Under the pieces are notes generated by a model, which worked only from the letters and a program-made list of their open reading frames with translations, was not told the DNA's origin and did not search any database. Source: Candidatus Hermodarchaeota archaeon (GTDB taxonomy: Archaea; Asgardarchaeota; Thorarchaeia; Thorarchaeales; Thorarchaeaceae). From it: a stretch of DNA of 64,000 nt. Each line of letters opens with the position of its first letter. Position 1 is the stretch's first letter. This document shows, piece after piece, positions 1 to 10,298 of the stretch. A program made the translations under genes and the position numbers. The stretch is taken from contig JBHLLF010000006.1 in NCBI GenBank assembly GCA_048885865.1, positions 32,001-96,000 on the forward strand. Direction: 5' to 3'.

Positions 1-3000
1 TGGACAGTATCACATGGCAGTGACCGGAACTCTCGCGCCTGCTGTCGCCTATGAGTCCGATGTCGAGGGAGGAATGAATTTCACCGTTTCCATTTTTGTT
101 TATGACTCGTACGGTGTTAGACCAGAAGGAGCATGGGTCGAAGTAGAACTCAACGGTGTAAATCACACCGCTACCCATATTGAAGGAGCAGAATTCAGAG
201 TAGAATTGAATGCTTCATTGGGCATTGGTCAGCATAGCTTCATTGTGTATGTCGGATCTACCTTTGGAGAGCCAAGGGCTGATGCTCATGATTTATTCGT
301 TTATTCTTATGCAGACACATTAGTAGAGTCGTCGTGGGGATGGGTAATGAACCAAGGAGACTTGACATGGTTGACTGTCACCGTGATGGATTGGCAGGAA
401 ACTCCAGTGATTGACGCAACGGTAACTATGTTGAGTCCGGAAAGCCTCCTATTCGCACCTGGTGGCGATGGCACATATTGGGTGGATTTGGACACCACAG
501 GTTATTCGCCGGCGAACTATACACTGCTGATTCTGGTTGAACATACCTACCTGATGGCAAACGATGTTTATCTTGATTTGACAGTCAACGGACAAGCCGT
601 AGTTGATGTCTATGTTCCAGATCTAGTAATCAACCACCAAAATGCAACCTTTGAGTTCGTGGTGGTTGACATCTATGGAAACCCGCTGTATGAATTTGAT
701 TACAATTTCGTCTTTGCTAGCACCTTTACCAAATCGGATACATCGTATTACTATGAAGTCCTCTGGGACTTCCAGCCTGATGTCTATCCGGGACAATATC
801 CATTGAATATGACAATAACGGGGCCATTTCTATCGCAGACCGAGTATGTAGTCTGGGTAGATGTCTTTGGTGACCCTCTGTCAAGTGTCCCCTCTCCCGT
901 CAATCAGTCAACATATCTCCAAGGCGATCAGATAAACTTCACAGTTATCCTCGACGATTTGGCAGGCTATTCCATCTCAGGGGCGTATGTGACTGCTACA
1001 ATCCGTGGGAGCATATACGCTATGACGGAAGGAGTTGCGGGAGTCTATTCCAGAAATGTGCCAACTGCTGGGCTTCCTCTAGGTCAATACAATGTGACAA
1101 TTGGAATATCACATGACTACCTATTGTCGCAATCGCTCTCAATGGAATTGTACGTTAAGGGCTATGCCAGTGTGGACCTGTCTGTAACACCTAGTCCAGT
1201 TCTGAACCAGCACAATGTGACATTTGATTTCACAATCACCGATGCATATGGAAACCCACTGACTGGCTTTGATTACTATCTTGACTTCGCTGGAGTCTAT
1301 AACAATTCAGGGACATCAATGACCCACAAGATTTCATGGGAGGTGGATCCAAGCTTCGTACCGGGAAGCTATTGGCTCAACTTGACCGTCCAGAGTGTCC
1401 TGATTCTAAGGACTACTCATAACGTGAGCATTGGTGTGCAAGGAATTGTTGCCGCACAGATTATGCAGCCACTACCAGATTCGACATTTGCTCAAGGGGA
1501 CACAATCAACTTCATTGTACGGGTGCGAGACAATGCGACATCATACATCACAGGAGCCGATGTGACTCTCTATCTACATGGTACAACATACCCACTCACT
1601 GAAACAAGTATAGGTATCTACGAGATTAATGTCGCCACTTCTGCTCTTCCGCTAGGTGAATACAGCGCGCAAATAACGGTCTCTGGTGACTTCATGGAAA
1701 CACAACAGCTAGCGCGAAGATTTCACATTATAGGAGATGCCATTGTTAGAGTAGACACAGACCCGCTAGTCATATTGAATTATGAGAATGCCACATTTGC
1801 AATTGCAGTGGAAGACCAGTATGGCAACCCGATAGGTGATTATGACTACAACATAGACTTTGGAGGACAATATAGCATATCAGGAACCTCCGACTACTTC
1901 AAGCTCATCTGGACCTTCATACCACAATTGACTCCTAGTGCCTATGTCCTCAATGTGACAATCTCTGGTCCCCATATTCCTACGAGCTCGACCACTTTAC
2001 CGATTGATGTGAAGAGTCAAACGAATGTCACTATGCTTTCACCAATTGTGGATACGACATTTGTGCAAGGAACCGATTCCATAGAGTTCAGGACAGATTT
2101 GAGGGACATGCTTGATAATGTGATGGACGGCGGTTCCGTTTCAGTTCTCATTCATGACTCGTTCTTTGTCCTCACAGACCATGGCAACGGAACCTACGAA
2201 AGAATTGTGTCAACAGCAGGCTGGGCTGCTGGCAATTACAACTACACCTTGATGTTTAGCCATCCCTATTTGGCAGAAGAATCCACGGTTAGAGGAAACG
2301 TAGAGATTCTAGCTGAACTGGAGATCAGTGTTGAATTCTTCCCAGAAGTGCCTCAGCAGGGAGAGCTGCTTAACATCACAATTGACGTTGCTGATAAGTA
2401 TGGCAATCCTATTTCGGGCTTGGATATCACAGTTACATTCCAAAACCACCCAAAGCAACCTGTAGAAACAGATCAGAGTGGCACATATTTTGTCAGCTAC
2501 GTTGTGGCCTTACAAGGTTATGGGGACGAGGCCATTGTGGTTGAAGCGGAAGGCGTCATGTGTGTTGTATTTACCTCCCAGATTCTAGCGACAGTCCCAG
2601 TCATTGTTGCAGTTCCTCAAATCGCACTGACTGTTGAGTCATTTGGACCGCTCTTCATGATTTCCTTCTTCATTAGCTTCATTGGACTGCTCATCTACTT
2701 TAGAATTTCATCCGGGCTGTCACTCACAAGAGGGTCGCAAGAGAATCTCCTTCGAGGCTTGCGGAAGCTTGACTATCTATATGGCGCAGTTGTAGGTCTT
2801 GCTGGTCTCACAATATTCCATTCATATGTATCTGCAGGAGCTGGTAATTTCGGCCTAGCTGTTGCTGAGAGCGTCTTGGTGCTTGGCATCTCATTAATAC
2901 TCTATGGAATCTGGCTGTATAGAGATGCAACATCATCAATCCTAGCCACGCAGAATATCAGCAGAAGACGGATGGTTCTAGGCCTGTGGCATCTGATATT

Positions 3001-3775
3001 TGTCCCAATTGTTATCATTCAGATATTCGACTGGGGTCGAAACATTGAGTGGCTGAAGTTCTATGTATTGGACAATGTCTTCCACTTAGGTGAACTTATA
3101 GTGCCGACTATAATGATGACCATATTCGCGGCGTACCTCTCCTCGATTGTAATAGTCGTGGTTAATCTCTATAGAGAGATAAGTAAAGGACTCTCTCGTC
3201 TGAACGAGATGGCGGTTCTTGGAACTCCGCCAATAGTTGTGGAGCAAGAGTGTGTTGACCTCGTTGAGAATCTAGGTTCATCAATACGCATGAAATTCTT
3301 CATGTTCTTGGTTGTTCTGGCTGGGACCACTGTCCTCACCATGGACTTTCTCAGAAGCTACTCCTTGGGAGTCATTGTCCTATTGCCAGTGGTGTTCCTG
3401 CTGGTGATTCCATATGCGTCTTCAAAGATGGCAAGGGGTCTATCAAGAGCATCAGGTGCAATGCGAAGTAGAAAACCAGAAAGGTCCCTCTCCGAGATTG
3501 CCGACGAAACCACTGAAATTCCAGCTCCAATGGATGTAGAGGAATACGAAATCCCTGAGGCAGAAGAAGACATCGCTACGGAGGAGGAAGCAGCTGGCGA
3601 GCCTTCAGCTAAGCCCAAGACTCGCCTGACTAAGAAGGAGATCATTGAGAAGATTCCTGATGAGCTCAAAGAACTAATGGGAATGGAAGAGCTCGAGAAT
3701 CTTTCCAAGGCACAGCTTGAAGACCTGCTACCCTCAGACGAGGAGGATACAGAATCTACTGAATCGGCTGAATAG
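1..3775 (+). CDS. Large cell-surface protein, 5'-truncated: tandem Ig-like repeats + ~7 C-terminal TM helices + acidic tail
   Basis: The frame is open upstream of the ATG at 14 (GQYH-M), so the gene is partial. It has repeated ~190-aa units (D-x-YGNP-[LI]...QGD-x-INF...GLPLG-x-Y), many N-x-T/S sequons, seven hydrophobic segments at ~2645-3420 and an E-rich tail. Confidence 0.85.
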   Translation, partial: GQYHMAVTGTLAPAVAYESDVEGGMNFTVSIFVYDSYGVRPEGAWVEVELNGVNHTATHIEGAEFRVELNASLGIGQHSFIVYVGSTFGEPRADAHDLFVYSYADTLVESSWGWVMNQGDLTWLTVTVMDWQETPVIDATVTMLSPESLLFAPGGDGTYWVDLDTTGYSPANYTLLILVEHTYLMANDVYLDLTVNGQAVVDVYVPDLVINHQNATFEFVVVDIYGNPLYEFDYNFVFASTFTKSDTSYYYEVLWDFQPDVYPGQYPLNMTITGPFLSQTEYVVWVDVFGDPLSSVPSPVNQSTYLQGDQINFTVILDDLAGYSISGAYVTATIRGSIYAMTEGVAGVYSRNVPTAGLPLGQYNVTIGISHDYLLSQSLSMELYVKGYASVDLSVTPSPVLNQHNVTFDFTITDAYGNPLTGFDYYLDFAGVYNNSGTSMTHKISWEVDPSFVPGSYWLNLTVQSVLILRTTHNVSIGVQGIVAAQIMQPLPDSTFAQGDTINFIVRVRDNATSYITGADVTLYLHGTTYPLTETSIGIYEINVATSALPLGEYSAQITVSGDFMETQQLARRFHIIGDAIVRVDTDPLVILNYENATFAIAVEDQYGNPIGDYDYNIDFGGQYSISGTSDYFKLIWTFIPQLTPSAYVLNVTISGPHIPTSSTTLPIDVKSQTNVTMLSPIVDTTFVQGTDSIEFRTDLRDMLDNVMDGGSVSVLIHDSFFVLTDHGNGTYERIVSTAGWAAGNYNYTLMFSHPYLAEESTVRGNVEILAELEISVEFFPEVPQQGELLNITIDVADKYGNPISGLDITVTFQNHPKQPVETDQSGTYFVSYVVALQGYGDEAIVVEAEGVMCVVFTSQILATVPVIVAVPQIALTVESFGPLFMISFFISFIGLLIYFRISSGLSLTRGSQENLLRGLRKLDYLYGAVVGLAGLTIFHSYVSAGAGNFGLAVAESVLVLGISLILYGIWLYRDATSSILATQNISRRRMVLGLWHLIFVPIVIIQIFDWGRNIEWLKFYVLDNVFHLGELIVPTIMMTIFAAYLSSIVIVVVNLYREISKGLSRLNEMAVLGTPPIVVEQECVDLVENLGSSIRMKFFMFLVVLAGTTVLTMDFLRSYSLGVIVLLPVVFLLVIPYASSKMARGLSRASGAMRSRKPERSLSEIADETTEIPAPMDVEEYEIPEAEEDIATEEEAAGEPSAKPKTRLTKKEIIEKIPDELKELMGMEELENLSKAQLEDLLPSDEEDTESTESAE

Positions 3776-4636
3776 TCACTCCAAGTCCTCAAGTGAAGGC
3801 TTGTCTTCGACGAACTCGCAGGCCAGACCCAAATTCAAGAAATAGTTGACCAGAGCGATGCACGCGAATTTCTCAGTAGAATAGTGGGTGGCTCCTATAA
3901 CATTGATCTCGTTCTCTTTGCAGACATCATGGAATAGTATCGATGGTTCATATGCCTTGACCATTCTTGTAATTCCTGTCACATACATATTTAGGCCAGC
4001 CTCGGCAATCTCACTCGCAATTTCCGGTTCGCCACCTCCACCTGCGACAAGTGCAACTTGCGAATCCTTGATCTCCTCAGATCCGTACCGCCACACCTTC
4101 ACCTTATGACCGACTGCAGACTTGACTCCTTCTGCAAATGCTGAAACAGTAGGTCTATCGGTCCTGCCCATAACACCAACTTCAGATCCGAAGTAATCGA
4201 AAAAGTAGCGGTTCGGCTCTACTCCTAAGGCTTTGGCCAGTGAAACTGTCGTGCTATATGGACCATTTCTATCCAGCGGGACATGGATGGCATAATATGA
4301 GATTCTCTGTTCTTTGAGTTCACTTAGAAACTCGTGTCGGATGTTTCTGAAAGGAGGCCCATCAAGGGTTGAGTCCCAAATCATTGGATGGTGAGTGAAT
4401 AGGAGAATATCCATCTCACCTGAATTGAGAAGACGACTGATGACCTCGTCGCTGGGAAAGACAGAAGTGTAGACCTTTTCGATTGATTCTGCGTTATCCA
4501 AGACCAATCCCATTTTCGTTTCCTTAAAGCTCTCAGTGACGAAATCTCCGAGGTCAGATAAGTCCCAGTCACCCTCATTGCATTTCTTTAGCTCGAAATC
4601 TTCATCTATTTGCTGATATAGCCGGCGCGCATCCAT
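3776..4636 (-). CDS. NIF3/YbgI-like dinuclear metal-centre protein
   Basis: FTHHP, YAIHVPLD, VALVAGGG and ATHYSTE motifs; start taken at MDARR. Confidence 0.85.
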   Translation of the reverse strand: MDARRLYQQIDEDFELKKCNEGDWDLSDLGDFVTESFKETKMGLVLDNAESIEKVYTSVFPSDEVISRLLNSGEMDILLFTHHPMIWDSTLDGPPFRNIRHEFLSELKEQRISYYAIHVPLDRNGPYSTTVSLAKALGVEPNRYFFDYFGSEVGVMGRTDRPTVSAFAEGVKSAVGHKVKVWRYGSEEIKDSQVALVAGGGGEPEIASEIAEAGLNMYVTGITRMVKAYEPSILFHDVCKENEINVIGATHYSTEKFACIALVNYFLNLGLACEFVEDKPSLEDLE

Positions 4637-4801
4637 GCGAATCGACAATCAATGATATTTGGCTCATATGAGGTTTGGCATCATTCTGATTTTGCGCTAT
4701 TGCAATTAGTCGATGCCTATTTATGATGGTGCCCTCCAGCGAGGTACCGATTTAGACAAATCACCCTTCAGTCATTTTGACTGATGATGGAGGATCATCG
4801 A

Positions 4802-6319
4802 GTGAGTAACTACAACAAGGTCACTGATGAGGTGGTCAAGAAGCTCGTAGCTATTTGTGGCGATGAGTACGTCACGACGAGCGAGCCACTTCGTCACAGC
4901 TATATGGCCAAAGGAATCATGGGGCTGGAAGCCGTGGTGCCCGAGGTCGTTGTCCGACCTGCAAACCCGGAAGAGGTTTCAAAGGTTCTCGTTGTTGCGA
5001 ACGAAAATCTTAGTCCTGTTACGCCTGCAGCAGGAGGACTTAGTGGAGGATTCGCGCTCCCTGCAATAGAACCTGGGGGAATTCTAATGGATATGACCCG
5101 GATGGACAAAATGGAGGTTGACACTGAAAACCGAGTCATGATCGTAGAACCGGGCGTAAAGTCAGGCGATGCGTGGAGGATTTTCAAGACAAAGTACCCG
5201 GAGTGGGCGCCACCGATTCCAGATGGGGCTCCACCTGCTGCGACAGTATTGGGCGATGCCATTGAAAGAGGGTTCTCGCTTGTGACCGGAGTATACGGCC
5301 CACAGGCAGACATGATCATGGGAATGGAAATTGTCTTGCCAACTGGTGAGATATTCCACACTGGGTCGTGGGCCCTCCCAGGTGCAAAGCCATTCTATCG
5401 CTGGGGCGTAGGTCCTAACCCAGATGGACTGTTTCTTGGGTCGCAGGGCTCAATGGGAATTATCACGAAATGTGCCATCAAGATGGTACCTCATCCTCAT
5501 TACAAGACGGTCGTCGCTTACGGAGGAGAAACTTGGGACGATATCGTCAAGCCTGCATGGGAGATATCCAAGCACGAGATGGGTGTTGGTGAACGCACGG
5601 TCATGGTGCAGGGAGGGAATTATGAATTGGTCATGACTCGCTGGCCAAAGACCAATGTGCCAACAGATTATGATTTCTACAAGAGTATTGGAATCGACAA
5701 GAAGTGGATGAATTACGAGTGCTGGGCATGGACCAAGGAGGAGCTCGACTTCACACTGAAGAAAATAGACGAAGTCTACAAAGACTACGAGGTGAAATAC
5801 TCAAGGAAGACTCCGCAACAAGATCTGCACCCGAAGCAGGTGGCATCGCGGCTGAAAAAGCCCAACAAGATTGCAATCCCATATTCGCTCTGGCAAGCTG
5901 GATTTCTATTCATCACGTGGTATTGTCCATGGCTAGAGAGCAGCAAGATGATGGAAGAGTACTGCGCTGCTATGGAGAACTACGGCTTTCCGCCGACCAT
6001 GTGGGTCGCATCGATTGACCATGCTCGACAGGCAATTGTCATGCCCATTCTTTGCTTTGACAGCACCGAGGACGGGATCATGGACAAGATTCGAGAGTTC
6101 AACCTCGAAACAACGAAGAGTTTCCTGAAGCAGGGCTGGCTTAATTATCGTCCAGACCCATTCGTACATGCTCCAGAAACCTTCACCAAGGCAAAGCAAT
6201 ACTACAAGATGCTGGTGAAGTTCAGGAAGGTCCTGGACCCAAATCTCATCCTGCATCCAGGCCGGTTGGCGATTCCATGGGAGTCTGTAACTGACTTGCC
6301 GAACCCGTTTGAGGAGTGA
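4802..6319 (+). CDS. FAD-binding oxidoreductase (GlcD/D-lactate dehydrogenase/VAO family)
   Basis: PEVVVRPAN...V..VL, GMEIVLPTG, FLGSQGSMGIITK and C-terminal LDPNLILHPG; GTG start after GGAGGA. Confidence 0.9.
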   Translation: MSNYNKVTDEVVKKLVAICGDEYVTTSEPLRHSYMAKGIMGLEAVVPEVVVRPANPEEVSKVLVVANENLSPVTPAAGGLSGGFALPAIEPGGILMDMTRMDKMEVDTENRVMIVEPGVKSGDAWRIFKTKYPEWAPPIPDGAPPAATVLGDAIERGFSLVTGVYGPQADMIMGMEIVLPTGEIFHTGSWALPGAKPFYRWGVGPNPDGLFLGSQGSMGIITKCAIKMVPHPHYKTVVAYGGETWDDIVKPAWEISKHEMGVGERTVMVQGGNYELVMTRWPKTNVPTDYDFYKSIGIDKKWMNYECWAWTKEELDFTLKKIDEVYKDYEVKYSRKTPQQDLHPKQVASRLKKPNKIAIPYSLWQAGFLFITWYCPWLESSKMMEEYCAAMENYGFPPTMWVASIDHARQAIVMPILCFDSTEDGIMDKIREFNLETTKSFLKQGWLNYRPDPFVHAPETFTKAKQYYKMLVKFRKVLDPNLILHPGRLAIPWESVTDLPNPFEE

Positions 6320-6385
6320 AATCCAGGGGGCGAGAAAAGTTACGCAACGTAACATCTTTAATGCAAACAGAGAAACAGGAGTAAG

Positions 6386-7702
6386 ATGGACATGGTAACA
6401 CTAGAAGAACTTCGCAAGATCAATGCACGATGTATTCACTGTCGAGCCTGTCAGTACGCATATAGCGGCGAGCCTGATAAAGAGGGAGAAACAGAGGAAT
6501 ACACCGGGATGCTCCAGGGTTGCCCCGCAGGGATATACTTCGGATGGGAGGGCTATTTCAACTCCGGCAAGCAATGGATGGCCCGGGCGTTTTTGAATGG
6601 CGAACTGCCAGCCAGCAAGGAACTACTCGAGGTAGCTGAAGCGTGTACGACATGCGGCATGTGCGAAACTCAGTGCCCAAACTACATTGACACAGTACAT
6701 GTCACTGAGGCGCTGAGGGCAGCTGTCCTCGAAGCAGGTGTGGAACCGCTTGATAAGCACAAAGGCTTCGGGACTAGGGTCAGAGACCCCAACATGAAGA
6801 ATCCCTATGCTGAGCCATTTGAGGAGCGCACCAAGTGGTTTAGTGGCGAGGTTGACAACAAGAACGTGAAAGTGGCGTATTTTGTGGGCTGCACCGGAGC
6901 ATATCGCCAACAGCATGTCGCAGACCACACTGCATCAATCCTGAAGAAACTTGGTTTCGACTTCACTGTGATGAGTGAGGAGGTCTGCTGCGGTTCACCA
7001 CTGCTGAGGACCGGGCAGAGAGATGTGTTCAGAGAAGTCATGGAGAAGAACCTAGAGATCTTCAAGGACTTTGACCTGCTTGTTTATTCATGCGCTGGCT
7101 GCTACAAGACATTCCGCAACGACTATCCCACCATGAGCGGCAAGCCCTTGCCATTCAAGGTGAAGCACACCGTGGACCTAGTCTATGAGCTTCTGAAGGA
7201 GGGCAAGCTCAAGATTAACAAGGAGTACGCTGAGAAGGTCACCTGGCATGATCCCTGCCATAGCATTCGCCATGTTGGCCTAGCTATCAAGAAGGACATC
7301 CTTGAGAACTCAGAGAACTGGCTTCTCGACGAGCGAAAGGCCAAGAAAGCCGAGGCTGAGTACTATGAGATGCCCCGTGAGGTGTTGAGAGCCATTCCCG
7401 GCCTTGAACTCCATGAGATGTATCGCATCAAGGGCGACAGCTTCTGCTGTGGGGCCGGAGGCGGTGTGAAGGCACAGTTTCCTGACATGGCGAATGCCAC
7501 TGCTAGGGAACGTATGAAAGAAGCGGCTTCTACTGGTGCAGATGTCATCATGACCTCATGTCCATTCTGCATCACGAACTTCTCTGATGCCGTAAAGGCA
7601 ATGAAGAAGGAGGAAGAAGAGACCGGCAAAGACCTTTCTGCGGAGGGATCGAAGCTGAAGGTGGTCGAGCTTCTTGAGGTTCTTGACCAGCTAATTGAGT
7701 AG
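6386..7702 (+). CDS. HdrD/GlcF-like Fe-S oxidoreductase (2x4Fe-4S + two CCG domains)
   Basis: CIHCRAC, CTTCGMCETQCP, YFVGC, CCG, CAGC, WHDPCH, CCGAGGG, CPFC. Confidence 0.9.
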   Translation: MDMVTLEELRKINARCIHCRACQYAYSGEPDKEGETEEYTGMLQGCPAGIYFGWEGYFNSGKQWMARAFLNGELPASKELLEVAEACTTCGMCETQCPNYIDTVHVTEALRAAVLEAGVEPLDKHKGFGTRVRDPNMKNPYAEPFEERTKWFSGEVDNKNVKVAYFVGCTGAYRQQHVADHTASILKKLGFDFTVMSEEVCCGSPLLRTGQRDVFREVMEKNLEIFKDFDLLVYSCAGCYKTFRNDYPTMSGKPLPFKVKHTVDLVYELLKEGKLKINKEYAEKVTWHDPCHSIRHVGLAIKKDILENSENWLLDERKAKKAEAEYYEMPREVLRAIPGLELHEMYRIKGDSFCCGAGGGVKAQFPDMANATARERMKEAASTGADVIMTSCPFCITNFSDAVKAMKKEEEETGKDLSAEGSKLKVVELLEVLDQLIE

Positions 7703-7710
7703 TACAATTT

Positions 7711-7746
7711 GAGAGCCCCTCTTGGGGTTCTCTAATTACTTCTTTT
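7711..7746 (+). terminator. Hairpin + T-rich tract after hdrD-like gene
   Basis: GAGAGCCCC-TCTT-GGGGTTCTC (one G-U pair) followed by TTACTTCTTTT. Confidence 0.55.
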
Positions 7747-7815
7747 CTAGACCGAGAAGTCAGAAATTCTGCGTTGGTGGCAAGGCATAATATTGCAATT
7801 GGACACGCTGAGTCC

Positions 7816-8781
7816 ATGAGTATGGAAGATACCGTTTCAAAGAAGCATCAGGAGCTGGCCTGTGAACGATATGGCGTGGCTTCTAATGAACTGAACTTTG
7901 TAGGGGGAATGGAGAACGCCGTCTATTCCTATCAAAAAAATGGACAGACAGTCTTCCTCAGATTTGGTCATAGCTCACACATGACTCTCGACCTTGTGAT
8001 TGCGGAGATTGATTGGGTGGTCTATCTTCTCGAAAAGAATGTGCCAGTGATTAAGCCCGTAAAATCTGAGAATGGAATCTATGTTGAGAGGATAGGAAAG
8101 GGAAAGGACTCCTACAATGTAGTTGCCTTTGAGAAAGCGGAGGGAGAACAGCTCGACTTTGGAGATCCTAAGAGCTGGAACGACTCCGTGGTAAGAGACT
8201 GGGGTAGAACTATTGGAAGGATGCATTCAGTCACCAAAGAATACAAACCCAAGTCAGCCAGAAGGTATGAGTTCCATCCCGAGTTGGACCTTTCTCTTAT
8301 CAAGAGAGGGGATAAGAAAGTCAGGGAGAAGGTCAGCAAGCTCTTTCAGAGAATGCATGAATTGCCCAAGGGAAGGGAGGAATATGGGCTCGTGCATTCG
8401 GACATCCATGTGGGAAATTTCTTTGTTAAGGATAACAAGCTATCAGCTATTCTAGACTTCGATCGTGCATGCTATAAGTGGTTCATATCAGAGATTGCAA
8501 TTGCTCTCTACTATCCGCTCTATGTAACAACGCTAAGGAACGATGCTGATGAACAAAGGGAATTTGCATCGAGATTCCTACCAACCTTTCTTGAAGGATA
8601 CAAGAATGAGAACACTCTAAACGCGAAGTGGCTTGATCAGCTAGAGATGTTCATGCAGGTCAGGGATGCAATCCTCTTCATGTATCTACCACCAAGTGTG
8701 CCAGAAGAAGTGAGGGGAAGTTTCAGAAGGAGAATCCTAGGAGAAGACCCCTACACGGATATCCAGTTTCATGCATTGTGA
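7816..8781 (+). CDS. APH/homoserine kinase type II family phosphotransferase
   Basis: GLVHSDIHVGNF and ILDFD kinase motifs. Confidence 0.85.
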   Translation: MSMEDTVSKKHQELACERYGVASNELNFVGGMENAVYSYQKNGQTVFLRFGHSSHMTLDLVIAEIDWVVYLLEKNVPVIKPVKSENGIYVERIGKGKDSYNVVAFEKAEGEQLDFGDPKSWNDSVVRDWGRTIGRMHSVTKEYKPKSARRYEFHPELDLSLIKRGDKKVREKVSKLFQRMHELPKGREEYGLVHSDIHVGNFFVKDNKLSAILDFDRACYKWFISEIAIALYYPLYVTTLRNDADEQREFASRFLPTFLEGYKNENTLNAKWLDQLEMFMQVRDAILFMYLPPSVPEEVRGSFRRRILGEDPYTDIQFHAL

Positions 8782-8784
8782 AGG

Positions 8785-9144
8785 CTATTCTTCCAAACCA
8801 GGCCAGCAGTGATATTCCTCATCTGAGGAGGTCGCGAGCTCGATAGCCAGTTTTGCATCGAAAAGCTCACGATCAAGTATCTGTGACCACAGAGCCAACC
8901 CACCATCTGCTTCCACAGGTATCAGGTAGCTTGCTTCTTGCCCTTCAACGAAAATGAGTATCTCATCAGTTCCCAAGAAGTCAGCGGGCTTGAAACATAC
9001 TCTTACAATTGAGCTCCACCCTATTCTACTACGTTGCTCTTCGCCTCCGGGTGGATGAATGTGAATGTCAATGAAATCTTCATCAAACTTCACATGAAAC
9101 CATGTATTCAGAGCCATGGGGTATTGTTCTTTGGAGAATCGCAT
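8785..9144 (-). CDS. Hypothetical protein (beta-rich, possibly PH-like)
   Basis: Plausible composition; fills the gap between neighbouring genes. Confidence 0.65.
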   Translation of the reverse strand: MRFSKEQYPMALNTWFHVKFDEDFIDIHIHPPGGEEQRSRIGWSSIVRVCFKPADFLGTDEILIFVEGQEASYLIPVEADGGLALWSQILDRELFDAKLAIELATSSDEEYHCWPGLEE

Positions 9145-9196
9145 TTAACAATGATTCGTATGATGTTCGACTTAGTCCATTCTTTGGAGAGGCATA

Positions 9197-10195
9197 TCAT
9201 CGCCTGCGAAGTAGGACAACTACTAAGGCAACTATTCCAAGTCCCCCTACTAATGCAGCGATTACCAAAGGAGAGTCCAAAAGAAAGTCCAAAGGCGGAG
9301 GACTAGTTGACGCTGAAGGAGAATCCGGAGTCGTTGTAGTTGTGGTGGTTGTGCTGTTTGGCAATTCAGTACCTGCTATTTCAACAAGCCAGATTGAAAT
9401 CTTCAGCATCAGCCCCCACTCGGAGTCAGGATCATTAAGGTCGTCAAAGGCATCAGTGCCATCCCTTGAATCGCCCTCCTCATATTCGGGATGTGGGCTT
9501 GAAATAAACACAGTGCCCAGCTGGTACCTGCACACAAGCATTGCAGCTTGCCCGCCACCGGGATAAGTCATGATTGGTATTGCATCAGCCATGCCGGGAC
9601 CAGAGAAGTATGTTGAGCCCCAATACAGAGTTGAGTAGGTCTCTGGTTCATCTGATAGATCCGGTCCAGTTGAGCTTCTATTCACGTTTAAGTCCATTAA
9701 GTATGTGCCAGTGCCTGCTACAGAACTGCCATGAATGCCATTGAAAAGCCCAAGACCTGAATTCGTCCCGAACACTGATCCGCCACAAATTCCGAAGTAT
9801 GAGCCACCGCTAGCTACGAACTCTTTGACCTTCTGACGGCCTTCTTCCCCAAGCTCGTAGTAATATCCAGTAGTTGAACCCCCAGGATATACCAGCATGT
9901 CGTAGTTATCTAGGACAGAAGTGTCACTTAGTTCATCTCCATCAACATAGGCTGTTGATGCACTCATCCAATCAAACATCGCCTTGAGCGCAATAGCACT
10001 GCTGTCGAGAGAACTGGTGTCGTTATAGACTGCCACATTGATTCCTGTCAAATCTGTTCTGATGGTTTCAGAATAAGACTGACCAAAAACGATGGGATGG
10101 CTTGGCATTAATGAAAGCGAAACCAGTAGCGCAACAACATAAAGGAACACCGGAGACCTGGAAGAAGCCAGCATCGATTGGGACACGATACCCAC
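9197..10195 (-). CDS. Secreted, C-terminally anchored BPL_N (class I GATase-like) protein
   Basis: Signal peptide, YPGG, YFGICGGS and SPHPE; poly-T/S/P linker, TM helix and RRR end. Confidence 0.8.
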   Translation of the reverse strand: MGIVSQSMLASSRSPVFLYVVALLVSLSLMPSHPIVFGQSYSETIRTDLTGINVAVYNDTSSLDSSAIALKAMFDWMSASTAYVDGDELSDTSVLDNYDMLVYPGGSTTGYYYELGEEGRQKVKEFVASGGSYFGICGGSVFGTNSGLGLFNGIHGSSVAGTGTYLMDLNVNRSSTGPDLSDEPETYSTLYWGSTYFSGPGMADAIPIMTYPGGGQAAMLVCRYQLGTVFISSPHPEYEEGDSRDGTDAFDDLNDPDSEWGLMLKISIWLVEIAGTELPNSTTTTTTTTPDSPSASTSPPPLDFLLDSPLVIAALVGGLGIVALVVVLLRRR

Positions 10196-10298
10196 CTAGC
10201 GTAGAGTAGTATCGACTTAGTTTGATTATAATTAATAGGTTCAGCGCAGTGTAAATCTGTCCTGTATTCTGGAATTGATACCGGGAAGTTTGGAGGGC

